This document shows positions 1 to 8,541 of a stretch of DNA of 64,000 nucleotides, piece after piece. Below the pieces are notes generated by a model that saw only the letters and a program-made list of their open reading frames with translations, was not told where the DNA came from and did no database searches. Source of the stretch: a virus; the IMG/VR virus record IMGVR_UViG_3300028590_000011, positions 16,040-80,039 of that record; one strand, written 5' to 3'. Positions within the stretch are counted from its first letter, which is position 1; the number at the start of each line of letters is the position of its first letter. Made by a program: the position numbers and the translations under genes.

Positions 1-1
1 C

Positions 2-472
2 CCCAAGACATACGCCCCCGGTCCGGGCTCGGAGATCATGCACCGGCAGTTCTGCCACGACAAGACCGAGTGCCAGTTCCCGGACGCCATCGAGAACTGC
101 CCGTACGACTGGACGACCATCAAGACCTTCCAGCAGGAGACGCCGGAGGGGCATCTCATCACCGAGGGCTCCTGGGAGAACCTGATCACCCCGCAGGAGG
201 ACCACTACGGCCCGATGGACCACATCAACGATCTGGAGTTCGTTGGGTCCAACGTCGCGGTGGTCGTCCAGCAGGACCGCACCAACGACGAGCTGAAGGT
301 GCAACAGATCGCGGAGTCGGAGGGCACCTCCACGAGGCACTTGCTGCACCAGCACCGGCTCTGCTTCCAGGCCCAGCGGTCTATCACGGCTGGTTGGGCG
401 TACGTGGACGGTGCCTCTGCTGGCTGCGCCATCCACCCGGACGAGCCCGAGCGCTGTCCGATGTCCTTCTGA
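2..472 (+). CDS. hypothetical protein, 5' truncated by window edge
   Basis: Frame is open from position 2; GC3-rich codon usage; stop overlaps next ATG. Confidence 0.6.
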   Translation, partial: PKTYAPGPGSEIMHRQFCHDKTECQFPDAIENCPYDWTTIKTFQQETPEGHLITEGSWENLITPQEDHYGPMDHINDLEFVGSNVAVVVQQDRTNDELKVQQIAESEGTSTRHLLHQHRLCFQAQRSITAGWAYVDGASAGCAIHPDEPERCPMSF

Positions 473-684
473 TGGATCAGGTCTATATCGATCAGCAGCG
501 AGCGAAGGGGCTCGCTCAGGTTAGACAGATCGCCATCGACGCACGCACAGCACTTGGTCTTCCTGACGCTGATATGCGGCTACTGGCCAAGATGCGTCAA
601 GACCCTCCAGGGACCGTAAGGACTCTGGATGAACGGCGCGCATTCGAGCGTCGGTGGAACTACCTCGTGAGCCTGCGCTCATGA
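472..684 (+). CDS. hypothetical protein (MDQVYIDQQR...)
   Basis: TGATG coupling with upstream gene; followed by a hairpin. Confidence 0.6.
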   Translation: MDQVYIDQQRAKGLAQVRQIAIDARTALGLPDADMRLLAKMRQDPPGTVRTLDERRAFERRWNYLVSLRS

Positions 685-686
685 CC

Positions 687-721
687 CGAGAGGGACCTGT
701 CTGTGGGGCAGGTCCCTCTCG
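687..721 (+). terminator. GC-rich stem-loop, possible terminator or processing site
   Basis: cgagagggacctgtc / ggcaggtccctctcg, 15-bp stem with one G-U pair; weak U tail. Confidence 0.55.
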
Positions 722-766
722 TCTTCCCCAACTGAATAAGTCCATACAGACACAGATGAATAGGAG

Positions 767-1081
767 ATGCACATGTACGTCTTGGAGATCCGGTTCTGCG
801 ACCAGCAGACCGGCGTGGTCGAACTCCGTGGCGATGACCAGGTCGCTCGTGACGCCTGGGCCGAGTTCGCTGACAAGCTCCTGCTCGGGCAGGACTTCGG
901 CGTCGCAACCCCGGGAGGGACCGGCGCACACCCCGTTCAGGTCAGCTTGGTTGGTTACAACCAGCTCGACCCCAACGACCCCGGAGAACTGCACTACTCG
1001 GTGTACAGGACCTGCTCGGACCTGCACCCCAAGAGCGCACCGGAGCCGAAGCTCATCGTTGCGAAGGGAGCACTGCGATGA
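767..1081 (+). CDS. hypothetical protein
   Basis: AGGAG RBS; ATGA overlap with next gene. Confidence 0.65.
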   Translation: MHMYVLEIRFCDQQTGVVELRGDDQVARDAWAEFADKLLLGQDFGVATPGGTGAHPVQVSLVGYNQLDPNDPGELHYSVYRTCSDLHPKSAPEPKLIVAKGALR

Positions 1082-1569
1082 ACAACAACGAGCTGATCGA
1101 AGAGGCCAAGAAGGTTGGCTTCACCTACCACGGCAAGACGCCCAACGGGCACTTGCTGTTCCTCAACGACGAGGGCAAGAGGGTCACCGCCGCTGGAACC
1201 GCGTCGGACTGGCGTTCGCACTTGAACGCTATCGCCGCCATGGAGCGGATCTCCGGCATCAAGAGGATGAAGCCCAACCACGGGAAGCCCCGGAAGAAGG
1301 GCGACACCTCAGGGTTCCTGAACACCATCAGGACAGAATCCGCTGAGCACTGGAGCGAGAAGGTCGGGTCCATCGTGGACGAGTACAAGACCCTCGCTCT
1401 GGAGTTCCGGATCATCTCGTCGGCCGAAGCAGATCGGACCGACTTGAACCGAGCGATGGAGATCATCCGTCGCATGGCTCGTCTGGAGGACGTGCTGACC
1501 GAGTTGCGTCAGCCCATCCCGCAGACGGACCTCCCCGCCAACATCAACCACATGAAGAAGAAGGTGTGA
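1078..1569 (+). CDS. HicA-like N-terminal domain protein with helical C-terminal extension
   Basis: N-terminal helix-GF-strand-GH-strand pattern plus GTASDWRSHLN, resembling actinophage HicA-like proteins. Confidence 0.55.
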   Translation: MNNNELIEEAKKVGFTYHGKTPNGHLLFLNDEGKRVTAAGTASDWRSHLNAIAAMERISGIKRMKPNHGKPRKKGDTSGFLNTIRTESAEHWSEKVGSIVDEYKTLALEFRIISSAEADRTDLNRAMEIIRRMARLEDVLTELRQPIPQTDLPANINHMKKKV

Positions 1570-1570
1570 C

Positions 1571-1831
1571 GTGATCACCGAAGAGGACAAGGGCACGACC
1601 GTCGCAGTGAAGTTCTGCGACGCCACGATCCACGAGGAGACGTACGACCCCACCGCCTGGGGGAACATCTCGGCGGTCGAGGCGTACAACAAGTACGTGA
1701 AGCAGGCGAACGACAACCACACGGTCTTCGCCAAGATCCCGCACATCCTCAACGTCGAGATGAGCGGCAAGGAGCAGTCCTGCTCCGAGCGCTTCACCTG
1801 CACCTGCTCCCGGCAGGCGGTGCCCGCATGA
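1571..1831 (+). CDS. hypothetical protein
   Basis: ORF in tightly packed operon. Confidence 0.6.
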   Translation: MITEEDKGTTVAVKFCDATIHEETYDPTAWGNISAVEAYNKYVKQANDNHTVFAKIPHILNVEMSGKEQSCSERFTCTCSRQAVPA

Positions 1832-2130
1832 GCACCGTCACGGAGGAGCTGTACGTCCCCGAGGACATCGACAAGACCGCGCCGTTCACCATCGCCACCT
1901 CGTACTGCACGGGTCGGACCACAGTGGACTACCGGACCACTGCTCGCTCGGCGGTGGTCCACTACACGCACAAGATCACCTCAGGCGTGCGCTGCGAGGA
2001 CCAGAACATCGCCGGTGACGTTCCCGTTCACATCCGGCTGGTGTCCTACATCAGCCGCTACAAGGACGGCGAGATCCGGCAGCACATCGACTCTGGACCA
2101 CTGATCTGCCCCTGCACGAGCGCCGAGTGA
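1828..2130 (+). CDS. hypothetical protein
   Basis: ATGA overlap. Confidence 0.6.
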   Translation: MSTVTEELYVPEDIDKTAPFTIATSYCTGRTTVDYRTTARSAVVHYTHKITSGVRCEDQNIAGDVPVHIRLVSYISRYKDGEIRQHIDSGPLICPCTSAE

Positions 2131-2232
2131 CCGCTCTCGTCCTCATCATCTCGTTCGCCGTCATGGTTGTAGCGCTCACCTATGGGTGGCTACGCAGCCG
2201 TGGCGGCGAACAGTCGTCTACAGGAGAAGAAC

Positions 2233-2361
2233 ATGGGTGATATCGGAGACAACCCGCGCGAGATCGAGCTCGTGCCGGTGCCGGAGACCTCTCCGCTTCC
2301 GGAGCCGATCAAGCTTCCGGAGCCCGTCAAGGAGCCTGAGCCGGAACCGGTGGCTGCCTGA
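2233..2361 (+). CDS. 42-aa Pro/Glu-rich peptide (MGDIGDNPREIELVPVPE...PEPEPVAA), not in ORF track
   Basis: AGGAG RBS at 2222; TGA overlaps ATG of next gene. Confidence 0.7.
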   Translation: MGDIGDNPREIELVPVPETSPLPEPIKLPEPVKEPEPEPVAA

Positions 2362-3131
2362 TGACCGGAGAGACCTTCAACAACTACCAAGTTGACCGCC
2401 CCGTCCATCTGGGAACGATCAGGGGCTACCGAGCTTGGGGTGTTGACGACCTCGGTCGTCTGACTCCAGCCACACGCGCCGACTACATCTGGAGTCCTGG
2501 CATCAACCGCGCGGTCTGTAAGTGCGGTAACTACGCGAGGAACGTGGCCGCGCGGCACCACAGTTGCGGGTTCTACGCCTACTTCAGTGGCAGCAACGAC
2601 TACGCGAAGACTGGCGACATCCACGGGATCATCGAGGCCTGGGGAACTACCACGGTCGGTGACCGTGGCTTTCGCGCCGAGTACGGCAAGATCCTCGCCT
2701 TCGTGGATCCCGTGGTGGTCTACCGCGTGAAGTGGGTCCACCAGTTCGCCAAGTGGTGCCACCGCAGGGACTACGAAGTCTTCTTCGGGCTCGGCGGGCT
2801 CCTTCTCGGGCTCGGCAGTTTGATCGGAGGCATCTTGTGCATGATCTTCGGGCCAGATTGGTCGACTCAGCTCTGCGGTGTCGGCCTGGCGCTCGGCATC
2901 TTCGGTCTGGTGCACGCGATGCACTCGGATACCTGCGAGTACGAGTCGAAGGACTATCGCAAGATCCAGCTGGTCAAGCACAACTACCCAGATGTGCAGT
3001 GGTTCCGCAACCACCGGGAGATGATCCGCGCCTTCCCAGTCGAGGAGCCATCGGTTCCTGAGGTCACGCCCGAGAACTACTCGGACTTCTGGACCACCAC
3101 TGGCACGCCGAATCAGCGCAAGGACAACTGA
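2361..3131 (+). CDS. membrane protein with Cys/His-rich soluble domain (GYRAW...CKC...HHSCGFYA...WG...GFRAE)
   Basis: Motifs as listed; two hydrophobic segments near the C-terminus. Confidence 0.7.
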   Translation: MTGETFNNYQVDRPVHLGTIRGYRAWGVDDLGRLTPATRADYIWSPGINRAVCKCGNYARNVAARHHSCGFYAYFSGSNDYAKTGDIHGIIEAWGTTTVGDRGFRAEYGKILAFVDPVVVYRVKWVHQFAKWCHRRDYEVFFGLGGLLLGLGSLIGGILCMIFGPDWSTQLCGVGLALGIFGLVHAMHSDTCEYESKDYRKIQLVKHNYPDVQWFRNHREMIRAFPVEEPSVPEVTPENYSDFWTTTGTPNQRKDN

Positions 3132-3158
3132 ATACCCAACCAACAACAGGAGATGAGA

Positions 3159-3920
3159 ATGGCACGAGCAACGACAAAGACCGCCAACCAGGAGCCCACT
3201 CTGGAGCAGCTCCAGGAGGAACTGGCGGCAGCGAAGCGCAAGTTGCGTGAGCAGCGGATGACCACCGTGCAGGTGGCGCAGAAGTACGCGGCGCAGCACA
3301 ACCTCTGCTCCGTGGTGGACCAGGCGCTCACCGAGGCAGGTCTGCTCGGTGGCAGTGTCAGCAAGAAGGTCTCGATGTTGATCCCGGTCGAAGTCGTCAT
3401 GGGCATCGATGGCGATCTGGTCGAGAACATGACCGAGGAGGAGATCAAGCAGGCCATCGCGGAGATGGCCAAGCCCACGTCCGTCAACTGGGGTGGATCC
3501 ATCGGTCCGGTCACCTCGGTGGCCAACGGACGAGTCCGTCGTACCGAGCCTGTCTCCACTTTCGGAGAAGTGCAGGTGCTCAGTGTCGAGGATCCGCCCT
3601 CTCTGACCACCGTGAGCAACGACAACGGCTGGTCGAACCCGCCCAACGGGCACGTCGCGCTGTACACGGCCCCCGAAGGGCGGAAGCTGCACTTCGTCAC
3701 GGCGGTGGAGACCAGTCATCACCGCGCGGTTGCGGTCGAGATCAACGGAATGACCTTCTACACCGTCCGCACTCCGCTGTGTGGTGCCTCGGTGTCGTAC
3801 TACGGCGCTCCGTGGGCCATTGACTCGCCGCGCAAGGTCAGCGTAGGCACGCGCGATGGCATCTGCCAGGGCTGCCGTGACCTCGCGCAGACGCGGTACG
3901 GATGGAGGCTCGGCCGATGA
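3159..3920 (+). CDS. hypothetical protein with N-terminal coiled coil and C-terminal H/C/CxxC putative Zn site
   Basis: AGGAG RBS after CA-rich leader; start 3153 or 3159. Confidence 0.7.
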   Translation: MARATTKTANQEPTLEQLQEELAAAKRKLREQRMTTVQVAQKYAAQHNLCSVVDQALTEAGLLGGSVSKKVSMLIPVEVVMGIDGDLVENMTEEEIKQAIAEMAKPTSVNWGGSIGPVTSVANGRVRRTEPVSTFGEVQVLSVEDPPSLTTVSNDNGWSNPPNGHVALYTAPEGRKLHFVTAVETSHHRAVAVEINGMTFYTVRTPLCGASVSYYGAPWAIDSPRKVSVGTRDGICQGCRDLAQTRYGWRLGR

Positions 3921-4501
3921 CCGGCACCGACGAGGCGGTCGAGACTGCCAAGCAGGCGATGGAGGACCAGCGTCCTCTGAACGCCACGCAGGGTCGCAAC
4001 CTCCAGAGGATCGTGAAGAACGACTTCGAGAGGCTGAAGGCCGAACTGGAGCTCTTCCGGGTCGAGGAGAGGACTCGCCGTGAGCAGGAGATCCGGGAGA
4101 ACTACCGGACCAGCAGAGAGAGCCGAACCACGCTGGAGAACGAGATCCGAGTTCTCAACCGCCAGTACCGGGCGGAAGCGGAGCGCCTCCGAGGCAGAGC
4201 GCGCGAGATGGGTCTCACGGTCAACCAGGGCCTCACAGCTCCGAGCGAAGTCGTGGTCTTCGGCGAGGAGCGCCTCAACCAGGACATCCAAGCGATGTAC
4301 CGCGAGGTCAACGGAGATGTGAACACTGCTCTCCGTACCGCAGAGGCCAAGTTCTACGAGGCCGAGCGGCTCGTGCTCATGGCCACCATCACGACCCAGG
4401 CAGAGAAGATCCTGTCCGGCATCCCCACGTCTCAGCAGCTCATGGCTGAGGCATACGAGCAGCGCGCCAAGCGCAAGGAACTCACAGGAGGAACACAGTG
4501 A
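3917..4501 (+). CDS. coiled-coil hypothetical protein
   Basis: ATGA overlap; E/R-rich heptads. Confidence 0.7.
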   Translation: MTGTDEAVETAKQAMEDQRPLNATQGRNLQRIVKNDFERLKAELELFRVEERTRREQEIRENYRTSRESRTTLENEIRVLNRQYRAEAERLRGRAREMGLTVNQGLTAPSEVVVFGEERLNQDIQAMYREVNGDVNTALRTAEAKFYEAERLVLMATITTQAEKILSGIPTSQQLMAEAYEQRAKRKELTGGTQ

Positions 4502-5241
4502 GCATCTCTCTGGAGAAGCGCACCGAGAACGCCGGGATCAGCCTGGTGAAGGTGATGTCCGAGGCCGCAGCACAGGGTCTGAACGTCGATGACCTCACTG
4601 CGCAGTGCGTGCTGGTCATGGACTTCTCGGGCTCGATGGACTACCGCTACCGCAGCGGTGAGGTCCAGCAGCTCGCAGAGCGGACGCTGGCGCTGTCCCT
4701 GACCGGTCTGGACGACGACGGGAACATCCAGATCCACTTCTTCCACACCAAGGTCTTCCCGGAGATCGAGGTGGACGCGTCGAACTACACCGGCGCGGTG
4801 GACGAGTTCACCCGCAAGAACACCATGGGTGGCACCGCCTACGCTCCCGCGATCCGACAAGTCATCGAGAGCGTCACCGGTGGCAAGACCAAGAAGAAGG
4901 GTCTGTTCCGAAAGGAGACCCCAGCGGCTCCGGACGGTCCGGCCATGCCGACGCTGGTCTTCTTCGTCACGGACGGCGAGCCGAACGACCGGCAGGAGAC
5001 CATCCAGCTCCTGAAGGACGCTTCGGGGCTGCCGATCTTCTGGCAGTTCCTCGGCGTCGGCTACTCCCCGGAGTTCCTGAAGGAGCTCGACACCATGGGC
5101 GGACGTGTCCTCGACAACGTCGGCCTCACCGAGGTGCCCTCGACGGAGTCCATGTCCGACGAGGAGTACTACGAGACGGTCTTGAAGGAGTTCGTCTCGT
5201 CCTGGGTGCCTGCGGCTCGCGCCAAGAGCATCATCGCGTAA
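4498..5241 (+). CDS. von Willebrand factor A domain protein (TerF-associated vWA type)
   Basis: MIDAS motif DFSGSM, GGT, FVTDGEP, and IFWQFLGVG...FLKELD...DNV typical of vWA-TerF-like domains. Confidence 0.85.
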   Translation: MSISLEKRTENAGISLVKVMSEAAAQGLNVDDLTAQCVLVMDFSGSMDYRYRSGEVQQLAERTLALSLTGLDDDGNIQIHFFHTKVFPEIEVDASNYTGAVDEFTRKNTMGGTAYAPAIRQVIESVTGGKTKKKGLFRKETPAAPDGPAMPTLVFFVTDGEPNDRQETIQLLKDASGLPIFWQFLGVGYSPEFLKELDTMGGRVLDNVGLTEVPSTESMSDEEYYETVLKEFVSSWVPAARAKSIIA

Positions 5242-5272
5242 CCCTTCCAACCAACAAGGAGAGCAACACATC

Positions 5273-5527
5273 ATGACGAACACCGCAGTGGAGCAGGGGA
5301 TGCTCTGCATCATGGACAAGACCGGCGACACCCGCATCATGTGGGACCCCCGCAACGCCGACGAGGTCGACATCGCCAAGGCCGCGTTCAAGAAGGCCAA
5401 GGACAAGGGCATGGTCGCCTACGCCGTCGACAACACCACCGGCGAGAAGGTGGACGGCGAGGTCATCCGCGAGTTCGACCCGGCGCGCGGCAAGATCATC
5501 ATGGCCCCGCAGCTCGTCGGCGGATGA
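5273..5527 (+). CDS. ubiquitin-like small protein ending in LVGG
   Basis: 84 aa; apparent beta-beta-alpha-beta-beta-beta pattern; C-terminal di-glycine directly before the stop; strong RBS. Confidence 0.65.
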   Translation: MTNTAVEQGMLCIMDKTGDTRIMWDPRNADEVDIAKAAFKKAKDKGMVAYAVDNTTGEKVDGEVIREFDPARGKIIMAPQLVGG

Positions 5528-5820
5528 CCGACGAGATCACTGAGGAGACCGTCCTGCGGCACATCTGCGAAGGGTGCGGCAAGGACGAGAACCTGACTGT
5601 TGCCGAGGCCTTCGAGGCGGGGTGGGACTACCCACCCCGTCTTGGGGTCTTCGGAGTCGTCTCCCCGCGTACCTGCGGGGAGTGCGGCATCGAGAAGACG
5701 CTCTGGTGGCGAATCCAGACCGGCGAGGTTCGTCCCGACGACCTCAGCTCGGAGGAGATGGAGTTCATCCAACGGGTCGTCAACGAACCCGAGTCCATCC
5801 TCGTGAAGGAGGAGAAGTGA
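5524..5820 (+). CDS. Zn-finger protein (CEGC...CGEC)
   Basis: ATGA overlap with the GG-protein stop; two CxxC motifs. Confidence 0.7.
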   Translation: MTDEITEETVLRHICEGCGKDENLTVAEAFEAGWDYPPRLGVFGVVSPRTCGECGIEKTLWWRIQTGEVRPDDLSSEEMEFIQRVVNEPESILVKEEK

Positions 5821-5821
5821 G

Positions 5822-6661
5822 ATGCCACGCATCAGCCAAGAAGTCGCAGCGGAGGTCGTGGTGGACCTCACCGAGACTGAGCGCGGGATCATCCCGTCCG
5901 ATGAAGTCCAGAAGGTCGTCTGGCAAGGGTGGGCTGACGTGACACCCACCTGGACCCAGTGGACCAACAGCACCACCGTCACCTACCGGATCCAGCAGGA
6001 TCGGGTCTGGAACCGATGGACTGTGGACGACGCCTGGACCGTCATGAACCCGGCGATCAACGGGACCATCACGTACAACACCGCGTTCACCACGACGCAG
6101 GACTACGTGTGGACCAATTGGAACGCCCAGAGCGACACCGTCTACACCCGGACGTACCACCAGATGGACACGGGTCGGACGGCCGAGGAGATCCAGCACC
6201 TGGCGGATCGTCGTCAGGCGCTGAACGAGGCCGAGTCGCGTCGTCGGCTCCGGTATGAGCAGGAGCGCGAGCAGGCTGCTGCTCGGGCCCAGGCCCATGA
6301 CCGGGGCATGGAACTGCTGAAGATGGTCATGTCCCATGAGGAGCTGGCGCTCTTCGAGATCGCGGGCAAGATCCATGTCCGTGGTTCCGAAGGTGGTCTG
6401 TACGAGATCGACACTCAGTACGGAGGCGTGCACGGCAACGTCGTGCAGGTCGATGAACACGGGTGCCAGCTCGGACGGATCTGCGTCGCACCGCAGATGC
6501 GGCTCGACAGCGGCGTGCTGCCGCTCTCGGACGGCTACGTCGGTCAGTACCTGGCGATCAAGCACCAGGAGGCCCTGTTCCGGGCGACCGGCAACTGGTC
6601 TCAACGGCGTACCTGCCAGCAGCCGAACGTCCCGATCCTCGGGGAGCAGCGAGCGGCATGA
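5822..6661 (+). CDS. hypothetical protein: Trp/Thr-rich N-terminus, coiled coil, C-terminal domain with ICVAP and LPLSD motifs
   Basis: AGGAG RBS; sequence composition. Confidence 0.75.
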   Translation: MPRISQEVAAEVVVDLTETERGIIPSDEVQKVVWQGWADVTPTWTQWTNSTTVTYRIQQDRVWNRWTVDDAWTVMNPAINGTITYNTAFTTTQDYVWTNWNAQSDTVYTRTYHQMDTGRTAEEIQHLADRRQALNEAESRRRLRYEQEREQAAARAQAHDRGMELLKMVMSHEELALFEIAGKIHVRGSEGGLYEIDTQYGGVHGNVVQVDEHGCQLGRICVAPQMRLDSGVLPLSDGYVGQYLAIKHQEALFRATGNWSQRRTCQQPNVPILGEQRAA

Positions 6662-6846
6662 GCTACGAGGGTGGAGCGGGGGATGGTCACATCGACATCC
6701 CCCGCTTTGCTCTTGTCCCGCGAGGTAAGCAGCGGGTCAAGGGCCGGGTCCTGTCATACGAAGGGAACGGCTACTTCACCGTTCTCATCCCAGGTGACAT
6801 CAAGGTGTTCATGCACCGTGATCGTCTGATCTTCGCCAACAAGTAG
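6658..6846 (+). CDS. small beta-rich hypothetical protein, possibly SH3-like
   Basis: ATGA overlap. Confidence 0.55.
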   Translation: MSYEGGAGDGHIDIPRFALVPRGKQRVKGRVLSYEGNGYFTVLIPGDIKVFMHRDRLIFANK

Positions 6847-6853
6847 GAGAGAG

Positions 6854-7027
6854 ATGCTCAACCATCCTTTGGCTAAGCACATCTTGTGGGCGGTCGTGCT
6901 GGTCGTCCTTGCCTGCCTCGGCATCGTCGCGTTCGGTGACGAGCAGGCAGTGGAAGTAGCAAGCGGAGTGCTGGCCGGTATCGGCCTCTGCGTCGTACTG
7001 ATCATCTTGATGATCCCAATGTTCTAA
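6854..7027 (+). CDS. small two-TM membrane protein (not in track)
   Basis: AGGAG RBS; MLNHPLAKHILWAVVLVVLACLGIVAFG... Confidence 0.65.
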   Translation: MLNHPLAKHILWAVVLVVLACLGIVAFGDEQAVEVASGVLAGIGLCVVLIILMIPMF

Positions 7028-7035
7028 GGAGAGAA

Positions 7036-7389
7036 GTGAACACCGTACGAATGAATCGAACCGAGCTGCTGGAGCAGCTTCGGGACAACCAGACCAAGCA
7101 CGCGGCTGACTACCGCGAGGCGATGGTGGTCTGGAAGAAGAAGGCAGCCAAGGCTCTGGCGAAGGCTGCCAAGAAGGCGGAGAAGGGCAAGATCACCCTC
7201 AACCCCCTTCAGGACCTCCCCAAGCCCGTCCAGTTCATGGAGGAGTACGACGACGCCATCGCGCGTGTCATGGTCGACACCCGCGAGGAGTTGGAGCTGG
7301 ATGACCACCAGTTCCGGCAGTGGGTCCAGGACAAGTGGGTCTGGCAGCACCAGTTCGCTGCCTCGACCTCTCTCTACAACGGGAGGTGA
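7036..7389 (+). CDS. hypothetical phage protein
   Basis: AAGGAG RBS, GTG start. Confidence 0.7.
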   Translation: MNTVRMNRTELLEQLRDNQTKHAADYREAMVVWKKKAAKALAKAAKKAEKGKITLNPLQDLPKPVQFMEEYDDAIARVMVDTREELELDDHQFRQWVQDKWVWQHQFAASTSLYNGR

Positions 7390-7390
7390 C

Positions 7391-7645
7391 ATGAAGACGC
7401 GGATCATCGGAGCCGTCCTTCTGGGGGCGGCTCTTCTCATCGGTGGCTGCGCCAAGGTGTCGGAGCCGTACAACGACGCTGACCGAGGCAAGACCAACAA
7501 CGACAAAGCGGACATCGTCACCTTCCCGGACGGGTTCTCCAACGTCGCCACCAAGTGCGACCACGGAAACCGTGTGTACGTCATCTACAAGGGCGACTCG
7601 GCCTACGGCTCCGTCGCCGTGGTACCCAACGCGGAGGATTGCTGA
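7391..7645 (+). CDS. lipoprotein
   Basis: Signal peptide MKTRIIGAVLLGAALLIGG-C with lipobox Cys; GGAGG RBS. Confidence 0.75.
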   Translation: MKTRIIGAVLLGAALLIGGCAKVSEPYNDADRGKTNNDKADIVTFPDGFSNVATKCDHGNRVYVIYKGDSAYGSVAVVPNAEDC

Positions 7646-8052
7646 TGGTGAGGAGCGCCCACGGCACCAGGTCTGCTGACTTCGTCAAGGAGCAGGGTTG
7701 GCGGGTCGGTGACCGCATCGTCGGTGGTCCGATCATGGGCGGTCCTAACAAAGACAGGGTGGTGGAGGCTGGGTTAACCATCGTGATCACCGCCATCGGC
7801 GAGGAGATGGTGCTCACGAAGACCGTCAAGAGAGAGCCCAGCCCTTATGGCTACCGCGACCGAGAGATGCCCATGACTTTCACGGAGCGCGACTGGGAGA
7901 AGATCGAACCCTTCTCGATCGAGAAGGCGATCCAGGAACTCAACAGACACGGTCGGAACTCGTTGACCGGGCGCGCGATTGATCTGTTGACCGACGTGTT
8001 GCTGGTGCACACAACTACAGAGGAGAGGAAAGAGCCGATATGGCCGAAGTGA
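7645..8052 (+). CDS. hypothetical protein
   Basis: TGATG coupling. Confidence 0.6.
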   Translation: MVRSAHGTRSADFVKEQGWRVGDRIVGGPIMGGPNKDRVVEAGLTIVITAIGEEMVLTKTVKREPSPYGYRDREMPMTFTERDWEKIEPFSIEKAIQELNRHGRNSLTGRAIDLLTDVLLVHTTTEERKEPIWPK

Positions 8053-8237
8053 CGGAGATGACCGAGGAAGAGCGCCTCGCTGAGTTCGAGACGCTGTGCG
8101 TCGAGTACAAGCTCCAGAAGGATGCGTTGGTGAAGGCGTCCCTGGCCCTCTTGGAGTCCGGAGTGCCGTTCCCCACCGTGCTCCGACTGATGGCTCAGCA
8201 CGGCGCTGTCGACCACGCCCCGAAGGGGATGGCATGA
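8040..8237 (+). CDS. hypothetical protein
   Basis: RBS and gene overlap. Confidence 0.6.
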   Translation: MAEVTEMTEEERLAEFETLCVEYKLQKDALVKASLALLESGVPFPTVLRLMAQHGAVDHAPKGMA

Positions 8238-8425
8238 GTGAGAACACCGCGCTCGCCGTCTACATGACCATGCTCATCCTCACGCTGATCGTCGCTGGCG
8301 TCAGCGCCTTCGCCTACTACAAGAGCAAGGGCGAGATGGGCGGGATCGTGTTCATCCTGGCCGCATGTGCCGCTATCGCGCTGGGTTCGTATCTCATCGA
8401 CGCAGCGGAAAGGGCACTCGCGTGA
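8234..8425 (+). CDS. small two-TM membrane protein
   Basis: ATGA overlap; hydrophobic segments. Confidence 0.65.
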   Translation: MSENTALAVYMTMLILTLIVAGVSAFAYYKSKGEMGGIVFILAACAAIALGSYLIDAAERALA

Positions 8426-8541
8426 TCAACGACATGTTGCAGGTTCTCTGGACCCTGCGCTTCCACATCGGCTTCGGGCTGCTGCTCGTTCTGGGTGGCT
8501 ACCTGTACGCCTGCGGCTCTACCGTGAGGATGGAGGACTGA
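8422..8541 (+). CDS. 39-aa membrane peptide (not in track)
   Basis: GTGA and TGATG couplings on both sides; hydrophobic core. Confidence 0.5.
   Translation: MINDMLQVLWTLRFHIGFGLLLVLGGYLYACGSTVRMED

Noticed and set aside
5273-5527. Pup or ThiS/MoaD identity for the GG protein
   Set aside because: Pup is disordered and ends GGE/GGQ; there are no thiamine or molybdopterin genes nearby to support a sulfur-carrier role
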